Assembly: GCA_964016885.1 (NCBI GenBank)
Contig: OZ024755.1
Location: forward strand, 29,140,001-29,204,000
Source of the DNA: Eledone cirrhosa
Taxonomy: Eukaryota
DNA length: 64,000 nucleotides
Reading direction: 5' to 3'
Below the pieces are notes generated by a model, which made no database searches, was not told the DNA's origin, and saw nothing but the letters and a program-made list of their open reading frames with translations. Made by a program: the position numbers and the translations under genes. Below are positions 1-11,452 of the stretch, piece by piece; position 1 is the stretch's first letter, and each line of letters starts with the position of its first letter.

Positions 1-11
1 TTATTATTTAA

Positions 12-210
12 AGGGCGGTGGATTGGGAGTATCGGTGGAGGGTCGGACGCCATGCTTTGACGCATAGAGTTACGACCCTTGCCATTCTGAGTTCAAATCC
101 CGCCGAAGTTAACTTTATCTTTCATCCTTATGGGGTCGATAAAATAAAGTACCAGTAATACACTGGATATTTGCTGGCCTTGTGGCAAAAGTAGAAACAA
201 TTATTATTAT
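12..210 (+). mobile_element. tRNA-derived SINE (family S1, short variant)
   Basis: A-box-like TGGGAGTATCGG, B-box GAGTTCAAATCC, central TTTCATCCTTAtGGGGTCGATAAAATAAAGTACCAG (resembles the Meta-type SINE domain, from memory), tail GGCCTTGTGGC..AGAAACAATT(ATT)n; about 27 copies in window. Confidence 0.9.
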
Positions 211-303
211 TCTTTACATCCCTTATATTAAACTACAACTATGTTGACAACCTTTAAATAATGTCTTCCTTGTGAAATATGTGGTCTTGTCTTGCTTAAC
301 TAA

Positions 304-365
<62 letters not shown>

Positions 366-384
366 GAACAGATAAATAACCAAG

Positions 385-860
385 TTTCAATACATTATCT
401 GATAGACGTAGCAGATCTATCTGGAACGAGGCTCTGATCTCCAAGCTATGCTCTTTATCGAGTAACATTACTTCAAAGATACTTCGGAAAACCACTATTT
501 TCGCCATGTGTATTCGAGATCATATTGCTTCGGACATTTCTCAAGATTTCTTACCACGGGTAACCGGATTCAAAATAGCGAGTTTTTTTTTTCGGAACTA
601 CCTCCCTTCTTCTGTTTATCAGAAACTAACACTGGCACCAACTCCTGCAATATTAATTTAGGCTCCTGTCTTCCATCACTAGTGAATACGACCCCGAAAT
701 ACTTAATCTGCTCCACCTGATTCATTGGAACTCCATGTAGAGTGCACCACGAAACCTTCATTGAGATTACATCGCTCTCAGTTTTCACAGCAGAGATTTA
801 CATTCCTACCTGGCAGCATTTGGTAACAATCATGTCTAGTGCATGCCTTAGATCACCTGA
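385..860 (-). mobile_element. RTE-clade LINE fragment (post-RT region), decayed
   Basis: Translations KTE..C.LHG.PMNQVEQIKYFGVVFTSDGRQE and AKIVVFRSIF..LLDK match the RTE thumb/C-terminal region; similar to 43688-44100. Confidence 0.7.
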
Positions 861-894
861 CATATTATTTTGTACATAATTCAATTGCGTAGAT

Positions 895-1163
895 TTTGCA
901 ACACAACGGGAGGAAACATAATAGTACCACTGATGATGTCGCAGATGTGTGATGAAAGAACTTTGATAGACTAATATATATATATATATATAATCACAGA
1001 AAAAAGCGTATCAGTGTTGCGACGAAAGGAATTTATTGGACATATTACAAATGTTTCTCGGGCGAACAGCTCGAGTCACGATCGATATCTTACACTGCTC
1101 TACGAGGGCATTGACTGCTCATACGGCCTACCGCATACGGACACTTTAAGCATCCAATACCAA

Positions 1164-1236
<73 letters not shown>

Positions 1237-1412
1237 TGTGTGTGTGTATTTTTAACCGTTGGTAAATCAATGATAAACATTGATTGCCAAATAAATTAAC
1301 TATGGAGATATAAAAGATACAGAAGCGAAAACCAACCCAAACCAAACAGTGAGTGTGTTCTGTTATTATTTCTGGCAATATTATAACAATATGACCCTCC
1401 CCAAGTATAACA
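895..1412 (+). mobile_element. Family E repeat, interrupted by a TA tract and another insert (about 990-1170)
   Basis: CACTGAtGA.GTC.CAGA.TGTGTGATGAAAGAAC and terminal ATGACCCTCCC.AAGTATAACA shared with 34954-35252 and 4110-4139. Confidence 0.55.
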
Positions 1413-2183
1413 ATTGTCATACGATTCCTGTTTATCTCTGAATTAAATTGCAAGTTTTTTTTGTTTTTTTTCTGTAGAACTAATCTTTTCTTTATGTGAA
1501 AAAAGCCAAATATATATAAACTGCATATGTAACTAGGAACATAATATTATACTGACAGTAGGTGGTTAACTTAAATTACATTTGGATGTCTCTTCATAGT
1601 TCTATACAACTAATGTTCTCCACTAAAAAAAAAATGTCTTCATTTGTATATACGATACAATCAAATTTGAATACTATTATCCCACCCATCATTTTTCACT
1701 AATGTTAAAAATTTTTTTTTTTTCTTTCCAGTTCTAAATGTAAATAGAATTTTAATAATTGATGAACATTATCAACGTAAATAAATTGATTAAGTTATTC
1801 GGAAATGCATTTAATTACTACATAAATTCGATTTCCATATGAAATTTGGGCAGCTATTCAGAAAGTGAAATCCTATCCGAATAAAAATATTTGAAATTGA
1901 ACGAATTGTCTTTGTATCAAATAAATGAAGTGAGATGGACACACATTCGCATGTATACAACCATGTGTGTGTGTGTGTGTGTGTGTATGTGTGTGTCTGT
2001 GTGTCTGTGTGTGGCTGTGTGTGTGCGTGTGTACGCATATAAATGTATATAATTATATGGTAATGAGTTTATGACCTGCACCGTTTTAATTTATGTTTGA
2101 GCTCATATATTTCTGTACACATTTGACCATGTGTAAACAATAATTATTATGCATGCGTACGTGGTTATAATCAGATATGGTTT

Positions 2184-2278
<95 letters not shown>

Positions 2279-2355
2279 GCATACATATATATATACATAT
2301 ATACATATTTATATATGTATATATATAAATATGTATATATGTATATATATGTATG

Positions 2356-2423
<68 letters not shown>

Positions 2424-3296
2424 TATATAAAAATATATATATAAATATATATATATAAATATATATATATACATATATATTTATATGTGTGTCTGTGTGT
2501 GTGTTCATATCTTCATACTCACAATAATATATGCTAATTTCAGTTTGCATATATTCGATTCACGACTCTAAGAACGTTATGCAAATGAACATTAGGCAAA
2601 TATATCAAGATAGCCGTTCAGAGAAACGGAGAAGTATTTCTTTGGTTGTCACAATTCCAATATTTCTGTTTTCAATTTCACGGAGAAAGTTGTCAAATAT
2701 TTTCTTCGGGCCTATAACGGCAATTTAACAAATCTGCATACAATGAACAGACTGACCACCGACACACACACACTCACACAAACAAATACACCCATACACA
2801 CACACGCACACACACACAAACAAACACACCCATACACAACCCCCCCCCCCCCACACACACATATATATATACACATAGATGATGTAAAACGGAGTGTAAG
2901 TATCAAAATGAAAATCTGGAGTCAAGGTAAAATTCCAATCATTTTAATCACGACACATCTTTCAATAAGAGATAGATCGATCGTAAAGCCATGATCAATT
3001 ATCACTATATATATATACTGAATTCTACCACGTAGTGAATAGTTGAATTCCACTACTATAGGCTTGCATATGTAGACAATTTATATTAGATATAGAAACG
3101 TAAGTCAAAGCAAATAAATTCATAATCTCTTCACACCGACGTTTTATTTTTCTTGGTGCAATACTCACTTTTTTCCCATTTCTTAGATTGTTCTAAACCC
3201 CTGTTGATGAGGATTTTGGTGACGAAATTGCTAGGGATGGAGAGAAGGGTTATATCCCTGTGGTTATACATGTATATGTTTATCTGTGCGTGAGTG

Positions 3297-3382
<86 letters not shown>

Positions 3383-3387
<5 letters not shown>

Positions 3388-3792
3388 AAATTAAGATAAA
3401 TCAAAGTGAATTTAATCTAAATCAAAGTTATGGGTGTCATGCCACAAGGCATGCGCCATGTGACCCGTAAAATAAGCTCCAAGATTCTAATGAATAAGTC
3501 CGAGCATTTTATAACAACTAGAAATTGATTAACATATAAATAAACATATGAAACTATCACAGGGGATAATTTTTACAAGTGTGTAAGCACACATAGCTAG
3601 GTAGGTAACTAAATAAAGTTAACTACAACTTCAAAAAATAGATACCTTATAATATAATTAATCATATTATAAGGTATCTATTTTTGAAGTTCTAGTTAAC
3701 TTTATTTAGTTACCTACCTAGCTATGTGTGCTTACACACTTGTAAAAATTATCCCCTGTGATTGTTTGATATGTTTATTTATATGTTAATCA

Positions 3793-3796
<4 letters not shown>
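3383..3796. mobile_element. Fold-back element in (TA)n: about 130-bp near-perfect inverted arms plus one-sided extension
   Basis: 3524-3655 is the reverse complement of 3662-3796; TA tracts on both sides. Confidence 0.8.
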
Positions 3797-3860
<64 letters not shown>

Positions 3861-3862
<2 letters not shown>

Positions 3863-4178
3863 CGAAGGAAATGTGGTAAGGAACCAGATGGACCATAACG
3901 CACCAAAGTACTCAATACTTGAGGTAGTAGAGTGGGTAATAGGAACCAGTAAGACCCCGACAGCTGAGCTCAAGCCGTTTCGACGGCTAATTCTGGACTA
4001 AATAGACTATTTAGTCCAGAATTAGCCGTCGAAACGGCTTGAGCTCAGCTGTCGGGGTCTTACTGGTTCCTATATATATATATATATATATATTTCGTTT
4101 CTGAATTATTTGGCAACATGACCCTCCCAAAGTATAACGATATATATATATATATGGTTCCTTACCACAATTCCTTCG

Positions 4179-4220
<42 letters not shown>

Positions 4221-4407
4221 CGAAGGAATTGTGGTAAGGAACCAGATGGACCATAACGCACCAGAGTACTCAATACTTAGGGTAGTAGAGTGGGTAATAG
4301 GAAAAAGTATGACCCCGACGGCAGAGCTCAAGCCGTGTCGACGGCTATTTCTGGACCAGAAATACCCGTCGAAACGGCTTGAGCTCTGCCGTCGGTGTCA
4401 TAGTTTT

Positions 4408-4410
<3 letters not shown>
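3861..4410. mobile_element. Two family A palindromic pLTR-like elements (3861-4070, 4219-4410)
   Basis: AACGAAGGAAATGTGGTAAGGAACCAG..GTACTCAATACT..GACCCCGAC.GCTGAGCTCAAGCCGTTTCGAC followed by its inverted partial copy ending at TTCCTA; flanked by (TA)n. Confidence 0.85.
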
Positions 4411-4473
<63 letters not shown>

Positions 4474-5040
4474 AGAATAAACGGGCTGTGTAGTTGCTGC
4501 ATAAGTAATACTTATAAAATATAAAAAGAGGAAAACAAGAACGGGAGAAAGTGTTCCTTCATTAGTTGTCTGCTGGGGGTATTGGACATTTCAACGCATA
4601 TGCAGGCTGGCTACGAGGAAATTTAAGTTTAATGCCGTCAAATTAACCGAAGCAATTCTGTAACAGATCAATAAGTTCCCAAGATACAAAAGAGCTGCTC
4701 TGTTGAGTATAGTTATCTTAATGCAATATTGGCGGAATGTTATAGGAATGAAACTTGTTGAAGATGCCGTATCAATTGGTTCGATTGTAGCCAAATATCA
4801 CGTGGTCTAAAAGTGTTCATTCTGTATTCCAAATCAAATGAAAAACATTATACAATTTCAAATATAAATGACTAGTTAGAATTATGCAAGCTATCAAATC
4901 AGGAAATAAACTACTGATGTGATAAATATGAGCTAAAACATCTCGAAAGTCAATTTACATTATTGAATACGAATACGCATGGGTATGTATGTATATATAT
5001 ATATATGTATATATGTATATATGTATGTATATATATATAT

Positions 5041-5683
5041 AATGGCAAAGGAGCTCTTAAGAGTCAATGGCCATCCAAAATCACCGGGAGAGATGACCCC
5101 TTAGCCTTTGTCAAGGCAGAATTCTAGGAGAAGGAAAACTCTGATATAACACCTGCAACCCTGATGGTGTCCAATGATGTTGACTTGTTCTTGTTTTTGT
5201 TTTTGGTAAATATCATCTTGGTTAAGAGAGTGGGACTGGCTTTGTGCAGTGCCTTTGCTCACTATAAAAGCTTCACAGCACAGGCATTGCTTTATATCTG
5301 GAGATCTCTCTGCACTTGTCGTCACATGGTACCATGGGCCCAGCACTATGTGACAATAATTGTCACAAGTGTAGTGTTTGAACCAGAGTTTTCAAGTCGC
5401 TGGCTGGACTAAAAAGCCACACTCGTTCAGCGCATCGGTAGGGGTTCTCCTACATGGATATAAAATAGTGGCCCTACTCGAAAACGAGTTGGCAGCCACC
5501 ATATATATATGTACCATGGGCCCAGCACTATGTGTCAATAATTGTCACAGGTGTAGTGTTTGTACCAGAGTTTTCAAGTCGCTGGCTGGACTAAAAAGTC
5601 ACACTCGTTCAGCGCATCGGTAGGGGTTCTCCTACAAGGATATAGAGTAGTGGCCGTACTCGAAAACGAGTTGGCAGCCACCA
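5041..5683 (+). mobile_element. RTE(BovB-type)-derived composite: RTE 5'UTR-like segment plus tandemly duplicated RTE 3' end with C2H2 finger and (TATG)n tail
   Basis: TCTAGGAGAAGGAAAACTCTGA resembles RTE 5'UTR; about 180-bp direct repeat 5329-5500/5511-5683 encodes CSVCTRVFKSLAGLKSHTRSAHR-stop. Confidence 0.7.
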
Positions 5684-6120
5684 TGTATGTATGTATGTAT
5701 GTTTATATGTATGTATGTATGTTTATATGTATGTATGTATAGATGTATATATATATGTATGTATAGATGTATAGATGTATGCATGTATATTTATACGCAT
5801 GTGTGTATATATGTATTGATGTATGTATATTCATATGTATGTAGGTAGGTATGTATAGATGCATGTATGTGCGTATGTGTGCGTATGTATCTATGTATGT
5901 ATATGTATGTATATGTATGTGTGTATGTATGTATGCATGCATGTATGTATATGTATGTATATATGTTTATATGTATGTATGTATATAGGTATGTATATAT
6001 GTATGTTTATATGTATGTTTGTGTGTATGTATGTATGTATATGTATGTATTATGTGTATGTATGTGTGCATGTATATGTATGCATGTATGTATGTATATG
6101 TGTGTCTGTGTGTACGTATG

Positions 6121-6330
6121 TTGGATCGCTCTTGAGTCCTACTGGTAACATGTAACCCAGTACAACCCGTCGCATGGTCGGGACTTCCGCGTCTAAACCG
6201 GCAACCCCACCAAGTTTACTTGGTGAGGAGGGTGATTTTGGACACCCTCCAGGACAAAAACAAAACCCTACGAAGGGCACAAGAACTGACAAGAGACAAC
6301 GGCCATCCAAAAATGTTGGCCTTGTGCCAT
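6121..6330 (+). mobile_element. Unclassified dispersed repeat (family G)
   Basis: GTAACATGTAA.CCAGTAC.ACC.GT.GCATGGTCGGG recurs inverted at 38192-38282. Confidence 0.55.
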
Positions 6331-6404
6331 ATATATATATGTATTGTGGGTTAGACCAAGAGAGAGAGAGAGAAGCGAAGATACTCATTATTTATATCTA
6401 TATA

Positions 6405-6600
6405 GGGCAGTATGGATAAAGCGTCTCATAACATGCTTTGCTATATAGAGTTACGGACCCTAAACATTCTGATTTCAAATCCCTCTGAGGCAAGCTTTTA
6501 GGTCGATAAAATAAAGTACCAATAACGCACTAGAAGCGATTTAATCGACTTTCACAGTCACTTCCAATTGTTGGCCTTGTACCAAACGTTAAAACAATTA
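6405..6600 (+). mobile_element. SINE S1, diverged long variant
   Basis: GTCGATAAAATAAAGTACC, GATTTAATCGAC and GGCCTTGTACC motifs. Confidence 0.75.
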
Positions 6601-6607
6601 TTTAGAT

Positions 6608-6917
6608 CAGGGGAGTGCAACATATTCCATTGGCGGGCCACTTTTGAACATTGGAAGAACTATTAGGGCCATCAATATTTATTAAGCATCATTCCACAGC
6701 TTCTTTCCATGAATATGGAACTGGGAAATTATAACACACATAAGCCTATCAATGAAGCCCTTTAGTATAGTTTAACTAACAGAAAATTGCATTACGATTA
6801 CGAAAAAAATTCTAAATAAGCCTACAAGGTAACAATTAAAAACGGTCATCGCGGGCCTCTCTGACTGGTCTGGTGGGCCGGATTGTAGCCATGCGGGCCG
6901 CCCGTTGCACGCCCATT
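6608..6917. mobile_element. hAT (Charlie-type) MITE
   Basis: TIRs CAGGGGAGTGCAAC / GTTGCACGCCCATT, subterminal GCGGGCC repeats, perfect 8-bp TSD ATTTAGAT (6600-6607, 6918-6925). Confidence 0.88.
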
Positions 6918-7294
6918 ATTTAGATCTATATATATTTATGTGATACATTGAAAATATGAATGCTAGTACAAATGTAAGTATAAGTAGGTAATGTGTAACG
7001 CTCTGAAGTAAATCGTTTGGTAGTATCGTAAAAGATTGGTTGATAACTAGTAACTATTGAAATACCAGCTCAGGCTGACCGGAATTTCAGTCAATGAAAG
7101 ATGTGTAGGCGTATATTTGTAAATGTCTTGGCAGAAGTGTAAAAATCAATTCTATCTTTCGCCAGACTTTTCAAACTATACATAGCATCGTAGTGTACAT
7201 TGAAGTCTCTAGCAGATTCTCGGCTCTGTTTCCCAGCCAGAATTGTTAAACGAAGACAATTCCTCTTTTTACCTTGACTGTTGTCGAGGGTATG

Positions 7295-7359
<65 letters not shown>

Positions 7360-7493
7360 TTAGGTTAGTAGGAGTTAGGTATTATATACCCGTGTCCCGT
7401 TAAAGTATTGGCAGCATAATAATTAGCTCTATGCTTTGGAGCAGAGCCGTATATATGAAAAAGAACACAAGAGCGTCTACAACATCAAAAGAG

Positions 7494-7555
7494 TTTTATT
7501 GGCTAACAATGTTTCTTCCTTACGTGTAACCGTAGGATTCATCAGAGCTATAAAA
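7494..7555 (-). ncRNA. Type I hammerhead ribozyme candidate in a pLTR-like segment
   Basis: Minus strand GCT-CTGATGA-A-TCCTACG(gttaca)CGTaAGGA-A-GAAAC-att-GTT-AGC, then AATAAA and a TA tract. Confidence 0.6.
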
Positions 7556-8259
7556 GGGGTTTGATTGGTGTTATGGACTCTACCAACCAAACACCCAAGA
7601 ACAAAGGGTAGAGAGAGTAAAGAGCAAAAGTAGGGGACGATAAGTCTAATTTTGGTGCGGGAGGGTGGGGTGTTGGTCCTTGTTTACTAGCTGCGGTCAT
7701 ATTCATTCCCGGGGGTCGGGTGGTTAGCTGAACCATAGATGGGGTGGCGTGGGTAGTATGGTGCAGAGGGTGCGCAGAGGCTACGCAAACACGAAGGGCG
7801 TAGAATACATATATACATATAGCGGAGGAGAAGGTACATGAGGTAATTAGAAATGGAAGAAGAGTAATAATAATAATCTATAATTAATAGTGTATAATAA
7901 GGCATGGGGAAGATTACACTATAATAAGGTGTAAAGGTAAGAATAAGGTAAAATATAAAGGAGGATAAAAGTGGAAATAATACTAAAGATAAAAAATATA
8001 TAGAGAATATATAAGGAAATATAAGCGAATATTTGGAGGGGAAAACACAATGTAAAAAAACCGATTTTTTTCAAACAATAATAAAAAATAATAAAAGTAA
8101 TAAAAATATAATAATCATGGGGGGAGAAAACAGGATAGAGAAATATGATCAAGTGTGATTCGTTGAGAGAATATAGGATGATAACAGATGTGTCCAGTTT
8201 ATACATCTTAATAATAAATAATAAACAATATGTGTATCAGAGTTGCAGAACCTTCAATT

Positions 8260-8770
8260 CACTTACGGGTTCAAGCCACGTGGCATGGTTCATTGTTTAT
8301 CTGTGCGGTCATGTGCGTTTGTTTTTGACACCACAGCAGATGCACAAGTTTGTAAATTCCAATGCAGATAGAAGTCAATTTTTGCTCACCCGGACATTGA
8401 CCGAGGATCCAATATTCCTAGTTCAATATGTGTTTGGTGTTATTTTGTTCGCACAAATCAATCAATTGGTTCAATATATGGAGTATGGTTTCCTGGTCTT
8501 CGTGACAGTGTCATTGGTTGTATATTTAGAAGTCACAAGGATCACAGTACTCCGGTTTGGTGTGATTATCGGTCATCCAGCTATGTTGTTGGTGGTAGGA
8601 TTCAAATCTATTCGCCCAAACGTTGAACTTTGGTGTCGATAGGACATCAACGAAGCAGGGTGATATCGCATCTGTGGTACAAAACGGTACGGAAGGAAAC
8701 TCTTCGTCTTCGTTTCATCCGGGTCCAGTAGTCGCGTGCAAGAACCGCTACGTAGTAATTGTGGGGTCAA
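8260..8770 (-). pseudogene. Heavily decayed retroelement coding remnant, class uncertain
   Basis: Minus-strand reading HCHEDQETILHIL..WILG..LLW resembles the L1/Tx1 C-terminal zinc knuckle; another frame ends PRGLN-P-stop as in Penelope EN; multiple stops. Confidence 0.3.
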
Positions 8771-9521
8771 TCAGTCAAGTCAGCAACTGACCGAAAATTC
8801 AGGCAGCCATAACAGCTTTTTTATGTGTTTATGTGTGTCCGACACACACAGACACATATCTATATGTATTTCAACCCAAAAAACTCAAATGATTCACCCA
8901 GTGGTACTACGATCGGTCAAGACAGTAACTGGCCGACAGTTCCCTTAGGGATTCAGACAGGCATGACAGGTATATTTAGGTCAAGAGCCTCCTTATGTGT
9001 CCGTGTGTTCGATACACACAGACACATATCCACATGTATTTCAACCCAAAAAGTTTCAGTTGATTCCCCCATTGATGTCATATCTGTGCTGTTTGGATAT
9101 GCATGCTGTGGTGTTCTGGTCGTGCATATCATTCACTGTATTTTGCCACTACATTGGAATGTGATGTTATGGTCATCAATAGTTCGGCAAGCGCATTTCG
9201 CTCTTATATTGCGTAGAATGGTGTTCTGGTCCTCAGTAAACATCCAGGTCAGCAGGAGGGGTGGTGGTTCTCAGTTTCAACTTCGACAATACATATGTGT
9301 TACTCTGCATATCGTGCTCCTCTCAGAGAAGAGTATAATAGGGGGAATTCATGCCACACAGCACACATAGAGAGAATTTCTACAGAAGAGTATGCATATA
9401 TATATACACACATACATACATTATATACTTAAACCCACCCACTCATACGCCTACATACATATATTCACATACATGTCACACATACTCATACACTCATATA
9501 TATATATATATATATATATAT

Positions 9522-9713
9522 ACGTTATTCCGGGTTGAATCGGAGGTAACCACAGTAAGTAAGGTACTCAATACATTGCCGAGTATAACAGTTTTAATAT
9601 AGATGATATTCTACAGGACTAGAACTGTTTCATTCTTTAGAAATCACCAGGAAATTGATGATTTCTAAAGAATTAAACAGTTCTAGTCCTGTAGAATCTC
9701 ATCTATATTAAAA
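9522..9713. mobile_element. Family B palindromic HHR-bearing element
   Basis: CGTTATTCCGGGTTGAATCGGAGGTAACCACAG..GTACTCAATAC..CTACAGGACTAGAACTGTTTCATTC plus inverted short arm; in (TA)n. Confidence 0.85.
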
Positions 9714-9724
9714 ATATATATATA

Positions 9725-9761
<37 letters not shown>

Positions 9762-9765
<4 letters not shown>

Positions 9766-9894
9766 GTAGAACATTGGAAGGTAATATCCGTAGTGGTAGA
9801 GCACTCAGTCCATGGGACGAGTTAGGTAGAAGTGGTTACACAACAGTTAGTTCACCATAGCGGTATGGTGAACTAACTGTTGTGTAACCACTTC
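9762..9894. mobile_element. Family C palindromic element
   Basis: GAAGTGGTTACACAACAGTTAGTTCACCAT inverted repeat; homologous to 32041-32179. Confidence 0.75.
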
Positions 9895-9939
9895 TATATA
9901 TATATATATTATATATATATATATATAGAGAGAGAGAGA

Positions 9940-10142
9940 TGTGAGACAAACCACAGACCCTCCATCTCAATTCTTCTTTTGAAAAGCAGAAGAACTGCAA
10001 AAACGGTAAAGGAACCAAATAAATATATATCTTTTTTTTAAAAGACTCCAGTTGCATTTTCGATTTCATCTTTTTTTCTTATACTTTCACTCGTGTAGGA
10101 CACTTCGGTTATTTTTCATTTTGTAAAAGAACCTGACTTTCT
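9940..10142 (+). mobile_element. Family D pLTR-like element with U3:A8 HHR remnant (9974-10013)
   Basis: CTT-TTGAAAA-GCAG(aagaa)CTGC-aAAAaCGGTA-AAG then AATAAA; inverted homolog at 51487-51690. Confidence 0.7.
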
Positions 10143-10436
10143 AATATATATATATGTGTGCGTGTGTGTGTGTGGGGTGTGGGGATGGGGGGGGGTGTAT
10201 TGGAACCAACCAAACAACAAACAAACATCTCTTTTTTTTATATTATGTGCACATATTACAATTAGTCGTCATATTTGACGGCACGGGGTCAGTTAGTATT
10301 TAAAGAGTCTTCGAAATATAGTTTATCATTTTGGAGCTTTGTCGACTTAAAAATATTTTCCTCTGACCTCGATAAAACAGAAAGATTCGAATAACTTAAA
10401 GATAAACGATTGTAGGGGATTTGTTTCTTTATTTGA

Positions 10437-10622
10437 ATTGGCAGTATCAGTAGAGGGGCGGACGCCATGCTTTGCAGCATAGAGTTACAGCCCTTTATGA
10501 TCTGAGATCAAATCCCGCCGAGGTTAACTTTTCCTTTCATCCTTACGGGGGTCGAAAAAATAAAGTACCAGTAATACACTGGGATAATTGCTGGCCTTGT
10601 GCCACAAATAGAAACAATTATA
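10437..10622 (+). mobile_element. SINE S1
   Basis: Full S1 motif set. Confidence 0.9.
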
Positions 10623-10669
10623 ATTTGAGTGATCGCACGGCTTTAGTTTTAGGTTGTTCGATGTTGGGG

Positions 10670-11375
10670 TGTTAGATCGTTAGTTCAGTTACCAGTGGCA
10701 AGTACTGGATTGTTAGATCGTTAGTTCAGTTTACAATGGCAATTACTGTATGGCTAGGTCGTTTAGTTCAGTTACCAATGGCAATTACTGTATTGCTAGG
10801 TCGTTTAGTTCAGTTACCAATGGCAATTACTGTATTGCTAGGTCGTTTAGTTCAGTTACAAATGGCAATTACTGTATTGCTAGGTCGTTTAGTTCAGTTA
10901 CAAATGGCAATTACTGTATTGCTAGGTCGTTTAGTTCAGTTACCAATGGCAATTACTGTATTGCTAGGTCGTTTAGTTCAGTTACAAATGGCAATTACTG
11001 TATTGCTAGGTCGTTTAGTTCAGTTACAAATGGCAATTACTGTATTGCTAGGTCGTTTAGTTCAGTTACCAATGGCAATTACTGTATTGCTAGGTCGTTT
11101 AGTTCAGTTACCAATGGCAATTACTGTATTGCTAGGTCGTTTAGTTCAGTTACCAATGGCAATTACTGTATTGCTAGGTCGTTTAGTTCAGTTACCAATG
11201 GCAATTACTGTATTGCTAGGTCGTTTAGTTCAGTTACCAATGGCAAGTACTGGATTGCTAGGTCGTTTAGTTCAGTTACCAATGGCAAGTACTGGATTGC
11301 TAGGTCGTTTAGTTCAGTTACAGGTGGCAAGTACTGGATTGCTAGGTCGTTTAGTTCAGTTACAGGTGGCAAGTT
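10670..11375. repeat. 42-bp minisatellite, about 17 copies
   Basis: Unit GCTAGGTCGTTTAGTTCAGTTACCAATGGCAATTACTGTATT. Confidence 0.95.
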
Positions 11376-11452
11376 TAGTCCCTGAACAAGTTATTTTATA
11401 TTATTTAACTCTAGTTCACTCAACTGGAAATATGATGTGTCCTTGTAATGTA

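Noticed and set aside
12-110. tRNA gene-like A/B boxes in S1 and S2 copies
   Set aside because: No cloverleaf or acceptor stem; SINE heads
1043-1090. Minus-strand GAAAC-attt-GTA..AATAAA with stem II (also 30748-30770)
   Set aside because: No recognisable CUGANGA; only a possible half-ribozyme remnant
3197-3236. HHR-like CCC-CTGTTGA..GAAA..TA-GGG
   Set aside because: Core and stem II too degenerate to support
4560-4830. Unique-looking segment with a 67-aa minus-strand ORF
   Set aside because: No recognisable motif or convincing splice sites
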